Positions 1-8,972 of a stretch of DNA of 25,616 nucleotides are shown here, in pieces. Source of the stretch: Candidatus Thorarchaeota archaeon (GTDB taxonomy: Archaea > Asgardarchaeota > Thorarchaeia > Thorarchaeales > Thorarchaeaceae); assembly GCA_048884785.1 (NCBI GenBank), contig JBHLQM010000008.1, positions 48,447 to 74,062 of the forward strand, read 5' to 3'. The translations under genes were made by a program, and so were the position numbers. The number at the start of each line of letters is the position of its first letter. The first letter of the stretch is position 1. The notes under the pieces were generated by a model that was not told the DNA's origin, did not search any database, and saw only the letters and a program-made list of their open reading frames with translations.

Positions 1-393
1 CTTTGTTCACTTGGACTTTTTCTGGCAATTCTAGCAACAAGATATGCGTATCCTTGGCTTATAGCTTCTATATTCAAACTAGAGAGGAAGGAGCTCGAGA
101 ACCTCTGTAGGATTACTCCACGGATGGTCTTTTCATGTTTGATTGGACTGCTTTTTCATGTGCTCGTTGATTATCTTCATCATTGGTACAATCCCATATT
201 TTGGCCATGGATTGACCCTTTTGCTTTGGTGGGGCCTTTGGTTTCCCTGACTAGCATAATTGTTTCAGTAGACATCCAAACCGGGTATTTTATTGCCAAT
301 GCTTTTACGAATGCCATTATGCTGATCGTATTGATCCAGATTGTTCTTTCAAACAAAGAGGATAGGTGGAGAAAGCTCTGGATTGGGAGCTAG
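1..393 (+). CDS. Membrane-bound metal-dependent hydrolase (YdjM/DUF4184-like), 5'-truncated by the window edge
   Basis: Frame 1 is open from base 1 (LCSLGLFLAILATRYAYPWL...) into the listed ORF. It has hydrophobic helices and the motif HVLVDYLHH...PIFWPW. Its stop overlaps the convergent stop at 390-393 (CTAG). Confidence 0.65.
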   Translation, partial: LCSLGLFLAILATRYAYPWLIASIFKLERKELENLCRITPRMVFSCLIGLLFHVLVDYLHHWYNPIFWPWIDPFALVGPLVSLTSIIVSVDIQTGYFIANAFTNAIMLIVLIQIVLSNKEDRWRKLWIGS

Positions 394-1157
394 TTTTTCT
401 TTCTAGCCACCATCACAATATTTCGACTTGATTCTTTTTGGAAAGTATTTCCGGCATAATCCGAATATGTTTCTAAATGAGCTAAACCCGACTGTGAGAG
501 AAGTCTTGTCAGTATATCGATATTTAGCCTCAGGACCTTCTGCCTTGATACAACCTCTTGCCAATCTGTGTTCTCCTTGACCATTGTGGAAAGCCTGAGG
601 GTCGTTGTTTCGCTCTTAATGGATGGATGCTCAAATTGTCGGCTGAATATGACCTCGTTTCCAGAGTCCAGCACGGCAGTCTTCGAGTCAAAAGAAGCAA
701 AGCCTGTTGCATCAATCTCATCAAAATTCAGAGTTTGAAAGATGAAAACCCCGTTATCTGAAAGCAGCTGACCAACACTTGATATAACCCTAGACAAGAC
801 CTCCAAATCAGGCAGAAGAGCAAGTGAGTTTCCAAGACATATAATTGCGTCAAAATTGAACTTGAAGACCTCAGATATGTCCATCATATTGGCAATGATG
901 AAAGTCGTCTTGGTGCCTGCCTTATTTGAGAGTTCCTTTGCAGCATTAATCATGGAGGAGCTGTTGTCAAATGCCTGGACTGCATAACCCTTCTTGGAAA
1001 GGGCTACAGCATGACGACCACTACCGCACGCCATGTCGAGCACACGTTTCTTTCCAGGTCCAATATTCTGAACCAAGAATGGGATTTCTCGGTCTAAACG
1101 AGATTTCCAATCAATAGTGCTATCGTATGCAAGTGCTAGATCATCAAAGGTTGGCAT
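390..1157 (-). CDS. Class I SAM-dependent methyltransferase (glycine/sarcosine N-methyltransferase-like)
   Basis: Motif I VLDMACGSGRH and FDAIICLGNSL. Start placed at ATG 1157 (MPTFDDLA), which is preceded by an AAGGTGA SD-like motif. Confidence 0.85.
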   Translation of the reverse strand: MPTFDDLALAYDSTIDWKSRLDREIPFLVQNIGPGKKRVLDMACGSGRHAVALSKKGYAVQAFDNSSSMINAAKELSNKAGTKTTFIIANMMDISEVFKFNFDAIICLGNSLALLPDLEVLSRVISSVGQLLSDNGVFIFQTLNFDEIDATGFASFDSKTAVLDSGNEVIFSRQFEHPSIKSETTTLRLSTMVKENTDWQEVVSRQKVLRLNIDILTRLLSQSGLAHLETYSDYAGNTFQKESSRNIVMVARKKN

Positions 1158-1174
1158 AATTTTCACCTTATGCT

Positions 1175-1996
1175 TCAAAGTCGATATTGTTCAGCCTGGT
1201 CGGCAACCTCGTCAGGTGTGAAGAGAACTCGACCCTCCATACCTCCGGCCACCGTTAGCGTTTGACCGCTCACATGACCGGAGACCGCATCAGATGCTAG
1301 ATACAGAATTGCACTCGCAATATCGTGAGGACGAGCTATCTTTCTCATTGGAATTGTCTGGAGCACCCTGGACATTCCGATAGGATCAGATGCAATATCA
1401 ACGGCCATAGAAGTCAGGGTCCAGCCCGGATTCACAAGATTTACTCTTCCTCGTTCAGCAAGATGTACAATCTCATTCTTCAGGCTCATTAATAGGCCAT
1501 GCATGCCTGCTTTTGATGTTGAGTAGTCGCAATGCCAAGCCTCACCAAACAGTCCTGCGGTTGAGCCAACAAGGATAAGGGACGCATTACTTTCAGGATA
1601 TTTCTCGAGATTTCTGAAGAAGTATTTGGCAGTCAGGAATGCTCCGGTAAGATTTACTCTGATGGTACTTTCCCACTGCTCGAGACCCATCTCATGAACT
1701 CCTAGCCCTTGGAGGGGGGCAATTCCAGCATTCGCGACAGCTATATCTACTCGGTCAAATTTCGAATTAGCCGCTTCAAAGAGGGCCTTAACCTCGTTTT
1801 CATAGGAAACATCTGCACGAATGCACTGTAGTCTATCAGGGGCTGCTTTGCTCAGGGCATCTAGCTCTCTCAATTGAGTGTTATAGCATGCAGTGATTTG
1901 CGCACCCTCCGAGAGTAGCTGCCTTGTGAGTTCTAGGCCTATCCCTCCGGATGCCCCAGTAATGACAACATGTTTTCCTTTTAGTTCCAAATTCAT
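1175..1996 (-). CDS. Short-chain dehydrogenase/reductase (SDR)
   Basis: TGASGGIG Rossmann motif, NAG, catalytic YSTSK, VNPG. Likely start MNLELKGKHVV at ATG 1996. Confidence 0.92.
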   Translation of the reverse strand: MNLELKGKHVVITGASGGIGLELTRQLLSEGAQITACYNTQLRELDALSKAAPDRLQCIRADVSYENEVKALFEAANSKFDRVDIAVANAGIAPLQGLGVHEMGLEQWESTIRVNLTGAFLTAKYFFRNLEKYPESNASLILVGSTAGLFGEAWHCDYSTSKAGMHGLLMSLKNEIVHLAERGRVNLVNPGWTLTSMAVDIASDPIGMSRVLQTIPMRKIARPHDIASAILYLASDAVSGHVSGQTLTVAGGMEGRVLFTPDEVADQAEQYRL

Positions 1997-2037
1997 ACAA
2001 TCATATCCTAGAATGTCAATGCATCCGAGGGAGGCAA

Positions 2038-2523
2038 TTAGGGCTGTGGGGTCTTCCACAAAATCTTATGGAATTGATCAACCAATACATCAGGCCAACT
2101 CCCAATTGATCTGAGTAGCAAATCTGCTGTGAGAGTCGCAGAACCGTCGAATTTGATGTCAGTAAGATCTGAACAATGAAATAGCGGCGAGAGATCTATG
2201 GAACGCAGGGCGTTGTTTCGAAGATCCACTTCTCGCAGATGAGCACAATCGCTCAAAGGACTCAGTTCAATATTCACTAGATGGTTATCATTTAGGCGGA
2301 GTATCTCCAAGTTGACACATCTACTTAGTGGAGTGAGGTCAATGTGTTTCAAGTGATTATGCTGTATAGTCACTTTCTCAAGTTTCTTGCACCATATCAG
2401 AGGCAGTAAGTCGATTTCAGCTATGTCCCTAAGATCCAAATTCAATCCAGTTTCATCAATATCTATAGATCGGGTCTTCTCTGCCCCATCAGTGGTCAGG
2501 TACCTTATGATGATTTCATCCAA
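2038..2523 (-). CDS. Leucine-rich repeat protein (~4 repeats of ~22 aa)
   Basis: Repeated LxxLxLxxNxLxxIDLxPL units. TTG start preceded by GGAGGAG. Confidence 0.88.
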   Translation of the reverse strand: MDEIIIRYLTTDGAEKTRSIDIDETGLNLDLRDIAEIDLLPLIWCKKLEKVTIQHNHLKHIDLTPLSRCVNLEILRLNDNHLVNIELSPLSDCAHLREVDLRNNALRSIDLSPLFHCSDLTDIKFDGSATLTADLLLRSIGSWPDVLVDQFHKILWKTPQP

Positions 2524-2656
2524 GGCGGCTCCTCCTTCAGGCTGTCAGCTCTTTAACCTAAGATGCGTGCAGCGATTACACTCCTTCAATACGCAATGGT
2601 ACTTAAGACTTGACCCAAAAGTAATCGCCATCCAATATTGACATGACAGGCGATGG

Positions 2657-2875
2657 TCAGTCTACAGGAAGATGTCCCCATCCATTGCATCGAGGGTAAA
2701 ACATCCACCAATTCAGTGCTTTAGGTTCTACTCTGAGTTTCACTCCGCAATTCGTATTACTGCATTCATATTTCGACCTAGGCCAAGGTGTGGAGCAGAC
2801 CGGACAGACTCTGATCATCTCTAGAATCTCTTCTTTTGTTAGGCGCTTGGGATTTGTCGAAGTTGTAAAGGTCAT
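2657..2875 (-). CDS. Small zinc-ribbon protein (~72 aa)
   Basis: CPVC...CSNTNCG pattern. Likely start ATG 2875 (MTFTTS); the upstream extension of the listed ORF looks non-coding. Confidence 0.6.
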   Translation of the reverse strand: MTFTTSTNPKRLTKEEILEMIRVCPVCSTPWPRSKYECSNTNCGVKLRVEPKALNWWMFYPRCNGWGHLPVD

Positions 2876-3087
2876 GTCCACACATGCATAGGTACTGAAC
2901 TGACTATAATAAGCGGAATCTGAGAGAGATATTCTGTTTCTCCTCTTGGTTTTGATAAAAACCTGCAACAATCAGCGCGGTACTTGCAATCATGATATCT
3001 CATCATAGCTGGAATCGACTTGAGAAATGTATGATAGTATAACAGGCGTACACAGATGTTTTTAGGACAAAATGTCAATTTGTAGGT

Positions 3088-3423
3088 GTGCCTATAGACA
3101 AAACGTTCCGTATCACGTGGAGAAAGACATCTCAGAGAGTACCCTATCCAATGTGGGTATCAGACTATGACGGCGGAATAATACATGGCAGTATTGTTGG
3201 GGTCTATGTTGACTCTTGCAATGGCTGTATGAAGTGTATAGATGCATGTCCAACCAATGTTTTTGACCTGGAAACCCTGAATAGCGAAGTGGCGGTTCCG
3301 ACTAGAGAGAGAGATTGTATCTTCTGTCTGGCGTGCGAAATAGCATGCCCTACAGATGCAATCGATGTTGACAAAAAGGCCGGGTCGAAGGATACGCTAG
3401 ATTCTTTATTGGGAAACGTATAG
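3088..3423 (+). CDS. Dicluster 4Fe-4S ferredoxin with a Zfx-like N-terminal extension
   Basis: CNGCMKCIDACP and CIFCLACEIACP. The N-terminus MPID...IHGSIVGV resembles archaeal zinc-containing ferredoxins. Confidence 0.9.
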   Translation: MPIDKTFRITWRKTSQRVPYPMWVSDYDGGIIHGSIVGVYVDSCNGCMKCIDACPTNVFDLETLNSEVAVPTRERDCIFCLACEIACPTDAIDVDKKAGSKDTLDSLLGNV

Positions 3424-3448
3424 CCCGAGCTGGAGCGAGGTTAGAATT

Positions 3449-4708
3449 ATGTTTGATGTTCTATTGACTGATGAAGAGAGAGCAATTAGGAACGAAGTGC
3501 GAACTTTTGTGCGTGATAGAGTACCACGGGACCTCTTGATTGCCATGGATTCAAAGGAAAAAGAGTACCCGTACGAATTCATCAAGGAGGTCTCCAAGGC
3601 AAACCTCCTAGGCTTGCGGTTTCCAATTGAGTATGGCGGAAGGGGACTTGGATGGGTCTCTGAGATGGTGGCAATCGAAGAGATAGGAGTGCTTGGAATA
3701 GCTCTCGGATGTGCATACTCTCTCCCAAGCATAGTCGGAGAGGGCATCAATAAACATGGTAGCGAGAAACTAAAGAAGAAGTATTTGTTGCCAACGCTGA
3801 AGGGAGAGAAGATATGCGGGGAGGGACTCACTGAACCGAGAGGCGGATCAGACTTCTTTGGCACAAATACCACCGCTGTCAAAGAGGGAGAGAACTTCAT
3901 CATCAATGGTGACAAGCGCTTTGTAGCAGGCGGGGTGGGTGCTGACTACTTCATCATCTATGCGAAGACGGATTTCGAAGCACCACCGCACAAATCACTC
4001 AGCGCCTTTCTTGTTGAGAGGGACTGGGGAGTCAAGGTGGAAGAGGAGTACGAACTGATGGGCTGTCGGGGAATGGGAGCCGCCCGAATAGTCATGAGAG
4101 ACCTTGAGGTGCCAGAGGAAAATCTTGTTGGTGAATTGCACGATGGCAACTCCGTTTTCAACGCTATGATGGTGCCTGAGCGTCTAACAACTGCTGCAGG
4201 TGCAGTAGGTTTGGGAAGGGCAGCGATTGAGATTGCAACACGTTACGCGGACAAGAGGGAGGCCTTTGGGAGCACTATTCGCAGGTACGAAGCCATTAGC
4301 TTCAAGGTCGCTGATTGTGCAATGGAACTCGATGCAGCACGAGGACTCACCTACAGGGCGGCGAAAGTCGCAGATACAGGAGCTTGGTGCAGAAAGGAGG
4401 TCTCCATGGCGAAGACATTTGGAACAGAAGCGGGATTCAAGGCTGTACACGAGGCGATGCAAATTCTAGGCGGGATAGGATATACTGATGTCTACCCGAT
4501 TGAACGGCTCTATAGAGATGCCCGTTTGGCTACAATATGGACAGGCAGCAATGAGGTGCAGCGTCTAATAATCCAGAATGAGGTCTTTAGAGAGATTCTA
4601 TCGGAGGACAAGTCATCAAAACGTGATGTAGAACTTGACACTCCGGGATCTCACAAGACAGCTGAGAAGGTCTACACTGAGGATATCAAGAAGTACTATC
4701 CAACATGA
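3449..4708 (+). CDS. Acyl-CoA dehydrogenase
   Basis: GLTEPRGGSD, INGDKRFV, MGCRG, AMQILGGIGY, ERLYRDAR...IWTGSNEVQR. Confidence 0.95.
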   Translation: MFDVLLTDEERAIRNEVRTFVRDRVPRDLLIAMDSKEKEYPYEFIKEVSKANLLGLRFPIEYGGRGLGWVSEMVAIEEIGVLGIALGCAYSLPSIVGEGINKHGSEKLKKKYLLPTLKGEKICGEGLTEPRGGSDFFGTNTTAVKEGENFIINGDKRFVAGGVGADYFIIYAKTDFEAPPHKSLSAFLVERDWGVKVEEEYELMGCRGMGAARIVMRDLEVPEENLVGELHDGNSVFNAMMVPERLTTAAGAVGLGRAAIEIATRYADKREAFGSTIRRYEAISFKVADCAMELDAARGLTYRAAKVADTGAWCRKEVSMAKTFGTEAGFKAVHEAMQILGGIGYTDVYPIERLYRDARLATIWTGSNEVQRLIIQNEVFREILSEDKSSKRDVELDTPGSHKTAEKVYTEDIKKYYPT

Positions 4709-4780
4709 CACAATCGCCAAGAGCCATTACGTACAACACTGAACTTAGCTCCTTCACGCAGAGAAGAAAGATGACCATGT

Positions 4781-5020
4781 ATGAGAGCAGTTGAGATAGC
4801 TCCAGAAAACCTAACTGAGAACCAGTGGATACAATACTTCGAGTGTAGAGAAGACATCTATAGAAACGCTAATCCCGAAGATCCACTTCCTTCGAGAGAT
4901 CAACGTAGAAAGTACATGCTTAATCCTCACCCCGAAAGGATGGGTTTCAAGATCCACCGAAAGGAACTGTTCATGAAATATGACATTGCAGATATTGGTT
5001 TGAAACTCTCTTCGCACTAG
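4781..5020 (+). pseudogene. Probable internally deleted GNAT acetyltransferase remnant (79 aa)
   Basis: The N-terminus (..NPEDPLPSRD..) and C-terminus (ERMGFK..) resemble the two ends of tandem-GNAT proteins, but the catalytic core is absent. Confidence 0.45.
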
Positions 5021-5024
5021 CATT

Positions 5025-5366
5025 CTATTCTTCTTGGTCTATGAAGATAGATTTGACCATCCCTTCGAGAATCACATAGTCAGCCCAGTTTCCACTCCCT
5101 TCTTTCATGCCCTGTAGGTATGTTTTCTCAACTCTCTCCCTGAATTCCTTTAGCATCTCGCGGTGTCTAGGCGCATCTTCTCTTACTAGTAGCGAGAAGA
5201 CCAAATTCAAATTCACTCCCAGTTCGTGAATCATCACTATTTCTCGCGCCTGTAATTTCTGGGGAATGACACGGGGATTCTTCTGGAGTGCTTTATCCAT
5301 GAAATGAGTATACAACGGTCTCTGTGTATCCTCATCAATTACCATGACAGCAAGAATCTCTGACAT
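5025..5366 (-). CDS. Longin-like domain protein (113 aa)
   Basis: N-terminal beta-hairpin ILAVMVID..RPLYTHF, a middle strand VFSLLV, a helix LKEFRERVEKTY and a C-terminal helix: a longin-like pattern. Confidence 0.55.
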   Translation of the reverse strand: MSEILAVMVIDEDTQRPLYTHFMDKALQKNPRVIPQKLQAREIVMIHELGVNLNLVFSLLVREDAPRHREMLKEFRERVEKTYLQGMKEGSGNWADYVILEGMVKSIFIDQEE

Positions 5367-5440
5367 TGGAATCTTTCGTTTCGTAGCATTCGCTGAATAA
5401 GGTTCTTCCTGTCGGGAATATGGTGACTATGTCAAAATCG

Positions 5441-5448
5441 TTAAATAT
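5441..5448 (+). promoter_or_regulatory. Putative TATA box for the 5481 microprotein gene
   Basis: TTAAATAT lies 33-40 nt upstream of ATG 5481. Confidence 0.4.
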
Positions 5449-5480
5449 AGTTAAAGGAATATTTCGCATGTGAATCAAAT

Positions 5481-5648
5481 ATGGCGAAGTTAGTATGTCC
5501 AATGTGTGGAGAAGAGACCGCTGTGCCCTTTCATTGCGGCAGGGAGATGCACCGAGAGGGAGATCGACTTGTCTGCTGGATGGGTCCTACTTGCGGCGTA
5601 AAAGATATGCCAAAGCATTGCGGAGAGTACATGGAAGTTAAGAAGTAA
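5481..5648 (+). CDS. 55-aa Cys/His-rich metal-binding microprotein (not in the ORF track)
   Basis: Translated by hand: MAKLVCPMCGEETAVPFHCGREMHREGDRLVCWMGPTCGVKDMPKHCGEYMEVKK*. It has two internal repeats of LVC..CG..PxHCGxxM. Confidence 0.8.
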   Translation: MAKLVCPMCGEETAVPFHCGREMHREGDRLVCWMGPTCGVKDMPKHCGEYMEVKK

Positions 5649-5705
5649 GCAAACCAACAGACTCATTGCAGTCTGTTGGAATGTATTTACCCTGTGGGGT
5701 TTTTA

Positions 5706-6254
5706 ATGGTAGAGCTCCTGAGAGAGATAAAAATACGAAGAAGTGGAAGAGCGTTCGCCACAACGCCCATTTCGGATGAAATGATTGAGTCAATAATTGA
5801 AGCCGGAAGATGGGCACCGTCATGTTCGAACACACAAGCATGGAATTTCGTTGTTGTGAAAGACCCAGCAGCCCTTTCTAAGGCCCACGAGGCAATAAGT
5901 AGAGGAAATGCTTGGGGAAAAGCAGCACCTGTCATGATTGTTGTAGCGGCTAAAGAGGATGCTGGATGTTCATCTCATGGTCTGCCATACTTCATGATGG
6001 ATATCGGATTGGCAACTCAGAATATTCTCCTGCAGGCATTCCATCTTGGTCTACTGGCGCATCCAACTGCGGGATGGGATGAGGCGATGCTGAAGGGAAT
6101 CCTAGAGATTCCAGAGGAGTACAGGATTGTAACTGTCATCTTCATCGGCTATGAAGGACGATTTGAAGACCTTGATGAGCGGACCCAGGAGAAAGAGAAA
6201 AGACCACGCACGCGAAAAGCCCTAGAGGAAATTCTGCACATGAATAAATGGTAG
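5706..6254 (+). CDS. Nitroreductase family protein
   Basis: IKIRRSGRAF, EAGRWAPSCSNTQAWNFVVV, DIGLATQNILLQA. Likely start ATG 5706. Confidence 0.93.
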   Translation: MVELLREIKIRRSGRAFATTPISDEMIESIIEAGRWAPSCSNTQAWNFVVVKDPAALSKAHEAISRGNAWGKAAPVMIVVAAKEDAGCSSHGLPYFMMDIGLATQNILLQAFHLGLLAHPTAGWDEAMLKGILEIPEEYRIVTVIFIGYEGRFEDLDERTQEKEKRPRTRKALEEILHMNKW

Positions 6255-6271
6255 CTTAGATGCGAAAGAAT

Positions 6272-6301
6272 ATGAGATGATTTGATTTCAAATCATCTCA
6301 T
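6272..6301. repeat. Perfect 14-bp inverted repeat (3' hairpin or operator)
   Basis: ATGAGATGATTTGA-tt-TCAAATCATCTCAT. Confidence 0.85.
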
Positions 6302-6326
6302 CAATTTCTGATCATCTGAAAGTGGG

Positions 6327-6704
6327 GTGGCGTCCATGCAGACGGTGCTAAATGAGATATCTCTGCTATTCATACTACCTCCAATTCTTATTGGAATTGG
6401 GGCGGGATATACAATTGGTGGACAGACCAGCCTTGAGGCCAGTTACAGGATAGTAATGGGAGCAGCTGTTAGTATCATAGGAGGTGTCATTGTGGGACTC
6501 CTCCTGAGTGCATTCTTTCCTTCTTTTGAATATTCCATGTTTCTTGCAGTTCTCTCTTTTGCGGGAGGGTGCGCTTTTGGAGAAGGCGCAAACTGGGCTC
6601 CGACTCCTTCCAAGGGGCCCAAACGACATGTGGTTTTTGACCCAGAGGAAGAAGAAGCTCAGTTTGATAGAGAGATTGAAGACGCCTTCAAGGGAAGCCA
6701 GTAA
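6327..6704 (+). CDS. Hypothetical 3-TM membrane protein with an acidic C-terminal tail
   Basis: Three Gly-rich hydrophobic segments, then DPEEEEAQFDREIEDAF. Start is GTG 6327 or ATG 6336. Confidence 0.75.
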   Translation: MASMQTVLNEISLLFILPPILIGIGAGYTIGGQTSLEASYRIVMGAAVSIIGGVIVGLLLSAFFPSFEYSMFLAVLSFAGGCAFGEGANWAPTPSKGPKRHVVFDPEEEEAQFDREIEDAFKGSQ

Positions 6705-6782
6705 GGGGGACAATATGCCCATTAAGATTAAAGCATAGTTTGACAATGCACCGGCAATATAACCCTTTGAGGAAATGAGGAA

Positions 6783-7901
6783 ATGAAAACAAGACTGCCA
6801 CACCTCTTAAGTATGGGACTTATGCTATACTTGCTAGGTGCTTTATTACTGATACCAGTTCAAGCTCAGCCACCGGGATGGAGTGGCGATGACAACCTAG
6901 CATTCCTTTTAGAAGTCAATGATGTTTCGGCTGCGGATTCTGATGCCTCCAATCAAATACCTGTGAATCTCTCAGTGCCTGTTACGATAGAACTCACAAT
7001 TGATGTTGGGGCTAATCTGAATATCACGGGTGGGCTCTTCTCAATGCTCTACATGAGCATACCGATCTTCAGTCAGCCGCTCGCCATCAACTTCCCGGTA
7101 CCTTCAGGAACAACAGGAAGTCTACTGAATACTTCCATTGACTTAGCGTCGTTATTGGGTCCTGGAATCGATCTCATATCAGGTACAATTGAGGGGATAT
7201 TCTCGCTGACATATGTGCTCTGGGCAAGTCCCGCTGAAAACACCACTGTGACAGAGAATTTCATTCTTCGAATTGGAGCTCAAGGAACAGCAGCTCTGGT
7301 TTCTGTTCCGGGATTGATTACTATTGGACTTGCTGTTATGACAGTCTTTGGTCTTTTGAAATCCCTTGACGAATTCCAAAAAGGAATCTTGGCTGCACAT
7401 AAGATGCGAAGCGGCAAGACCCCGAAGGGAGTTGGCAGCTTTCCTGCGGCAGTTGTGCTACGACGGAAGCCGAAAGGAAAAGAAAAACTCAGCAAGGATG
7501 AGCTGATTAGCAGAGTTGGCTCAGCAGTATCAGGGGCCGACAGTGTTGCCAAATATGCACCAAAGGCCATGGAGGTCGTAAAACCAAAGTCGAAAGTTAC
7601 TGTTGGCAAGCTTTCCAAGGCGCTCCGACTCAAACGTGATCAGGGTGGAACGCTTGCTGCGGCCATGACTGAATTAGGTATATTTCAGACGAAGAGTGTA
7701 AAGACGCCATTGAAAAAGGTAGCTTTCTCAGGAATGACTCTTGTTGGCATTTATTGGAGCATAATGCAGCTAATGGGTGGTGCCTATCCAGACCTATTGA
7801 CAGTGCTCTTCACAACAATGGGTGCACTTGTTATTTCAGTCGTAATTGGGTACCTGATGGCTTGGTTTGCAAGAGTCCCAGAGATGGGCTACGATAAATA
7901 A
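6783..7901 (+). CDS. Membrane protein: signal peptide, extracellular beta-rich domain, TM, Lys-rich cytoplasmic region with a probable winged helix, 2 TM
   Basis: Signal peptide ending PVQA; beta-strand-rich aa ~35-165; TM ~172-192; VTVGKLSKALRLKRDQGGTLAAAMTELGIF; two C-terminal TMs. Confidence 0.75.
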   Translation: MKTRLPHLLSMGLMLYLLGALLLIPVQAQPPGWSGDDNLAFLLEVNDVSAADSDASNQIPVNLSVPVTIELTIDVGANLNITGGLFSMLYMSIPIFSQPLAINFPVPSGTTGSLLNTSIDLASLLGPGIDLISGTIEGIFSLTYVLWASPAENTTVTENFILRIGAQGTAALVSVPGLITIGLAVMTVFGLLKSLDEFQKGILAAHKMRSGKTPKGVGSFPAAVVLRRKPKGKEKLSKDELISRVGSAVSGADSVAKYAPKAMEVVKPKSKVTVGKLSKALRLKRDQGGTLAAAMTELGIFQTKSVKTPLKKVAFSGMTLVGIYWSIMQLMGGAYPDLLTVLFTTMGALVISVVIGYLMAWFARVPEMGYDK

Positions 7902-7910
7902 TCCTTTCCT

Positions 7911-7952
7911 GCTGATGTGAGAGGTCAGTCTCACATCAGTTTCCTCCTTTTT
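7911..7952 (+). terminator. Stem-loop followed by a pyrimidine tract
   Basis: CTGATGTGAGA-ggtcag-TCTCACATCAG then TTTCCTCCTTTTT, 10 nt after the stop codon. Confidence 0.7.
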
Positions 7953-8074
7953 CCGCGACTTGGTTTTGTCATGACATACCTTAATTGCAGCTCAGCAATA
8001 TCTTTTTGATACACCTCTCCTTTGCATAATTGGCTAGAAACAGGAGAATTGCTTAGATTGGGAGGTCATGAATA

Positions 8075-8833
8075 GTGTCAGGTCAAACAAAGCATAGCAG
8101 CATTTGGTCAAACGACGAAGTTGAGGTGAAGGTTCCGTACTCAGCGGCCGGTGTAGGGACTACTGTTGTGTTAACATCCAGATTTACTGGGAAGATTCTT
8201 CTCATGGATGTTGGTGATGGTGCTTTGCGAGACCTCCTCTTAGCGGGCAACTTGGATTTTGTGACTGAGCTGGATATCATTGCGATTACGCATGGGCATT
8301 TTGATCATGTTGGAGGGCTATGGACGCTCCTCGGATTCCTTAGAATGCTTGGAAGAACTGAGCCAGTCAATATACTTGTGCCAACAGGATGCACCGAAGT
8401 CACGAATATTGTAAAAGGTTTCAAAGACTGCTACTTTGAGACCCTTGGGTATCAAATCAATATCTTTCAATTGCAGCACGGATCAGGATTTGATACAGAC
8501 TTCTTCAAGCTGAAAGCCATGGGAGTTGAGCACTATGGATCAGAGAATGTCACAAAAAGAGATGTTCTAATGCCTGCTTTGGGCTACAGGGTTCTGATAG
8601 GAGAAACCATGATTGCCTACACAGGAGACAGTAGAATGTGTAAAAGCTTGGAAGACTTGGTAGCTGATGCACACCTTGCAGTTATTGAGGCGACATATGA
8701 TGAACATCCAAATTCCGATCGGAAAGTTCATCTCACAGAGAAAGAAGCCAAGAAACTAGGTAAGAAGGCAAAGGAGCATTTACTAATACATATGAAACCA
8801 GATGCAGGTAAAGAGATTATTTCTCCACGTTAA
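8075..8833 (+). CDS. MBL-fold metallohydrolase, ribonuclease Z-like
   Basis: LMDVGDG, ITHGHFDH (HxHxDH), YTGDS, IEATY, distal His residues. No obvious flexible-arm exosite. Confidence 0.85.
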   Translation: MSGQTKHSSIWSNDEVEVKVPYSAAGVGTTVVLTSRFTGKILLMDVGDGALRDLLLAGNLDFVTELDIIAITHGHFDHVGGLWTLLGFLRMLGRTEPVNILVPTGCTEVTNIVKGFKDCYFETLGYQINIFQLQHGSGFDTDFFKLKAMGVEHYGSENVTKRDVLMPALGYRVLIGETMIAYTGDSRMCKSLEDLVADAHLAVIEATYDEHPNSDRKVHLTEKEAKKLGKKAKEHLLIHMKPDAGKEIISPR

Positions 8834-8972
8834 ATAGATACAGATTCTTGGCTGGTAAGATTGGATTCATCTATGACCTGCGCAAACATCTCTCCATTTA
8901 GTGCTGGCGTATTCACCCTAATTTAGTTAATAAATAACGGAACTGAGATTTAATCAAATTGAGGTTATAACC

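Noticed and set aside
8075-8833. Assigning the symbol rnz
   Set aside because: The tRNA-binding flexible arm is not evident, so it could be another MBL phosphodiesterase.
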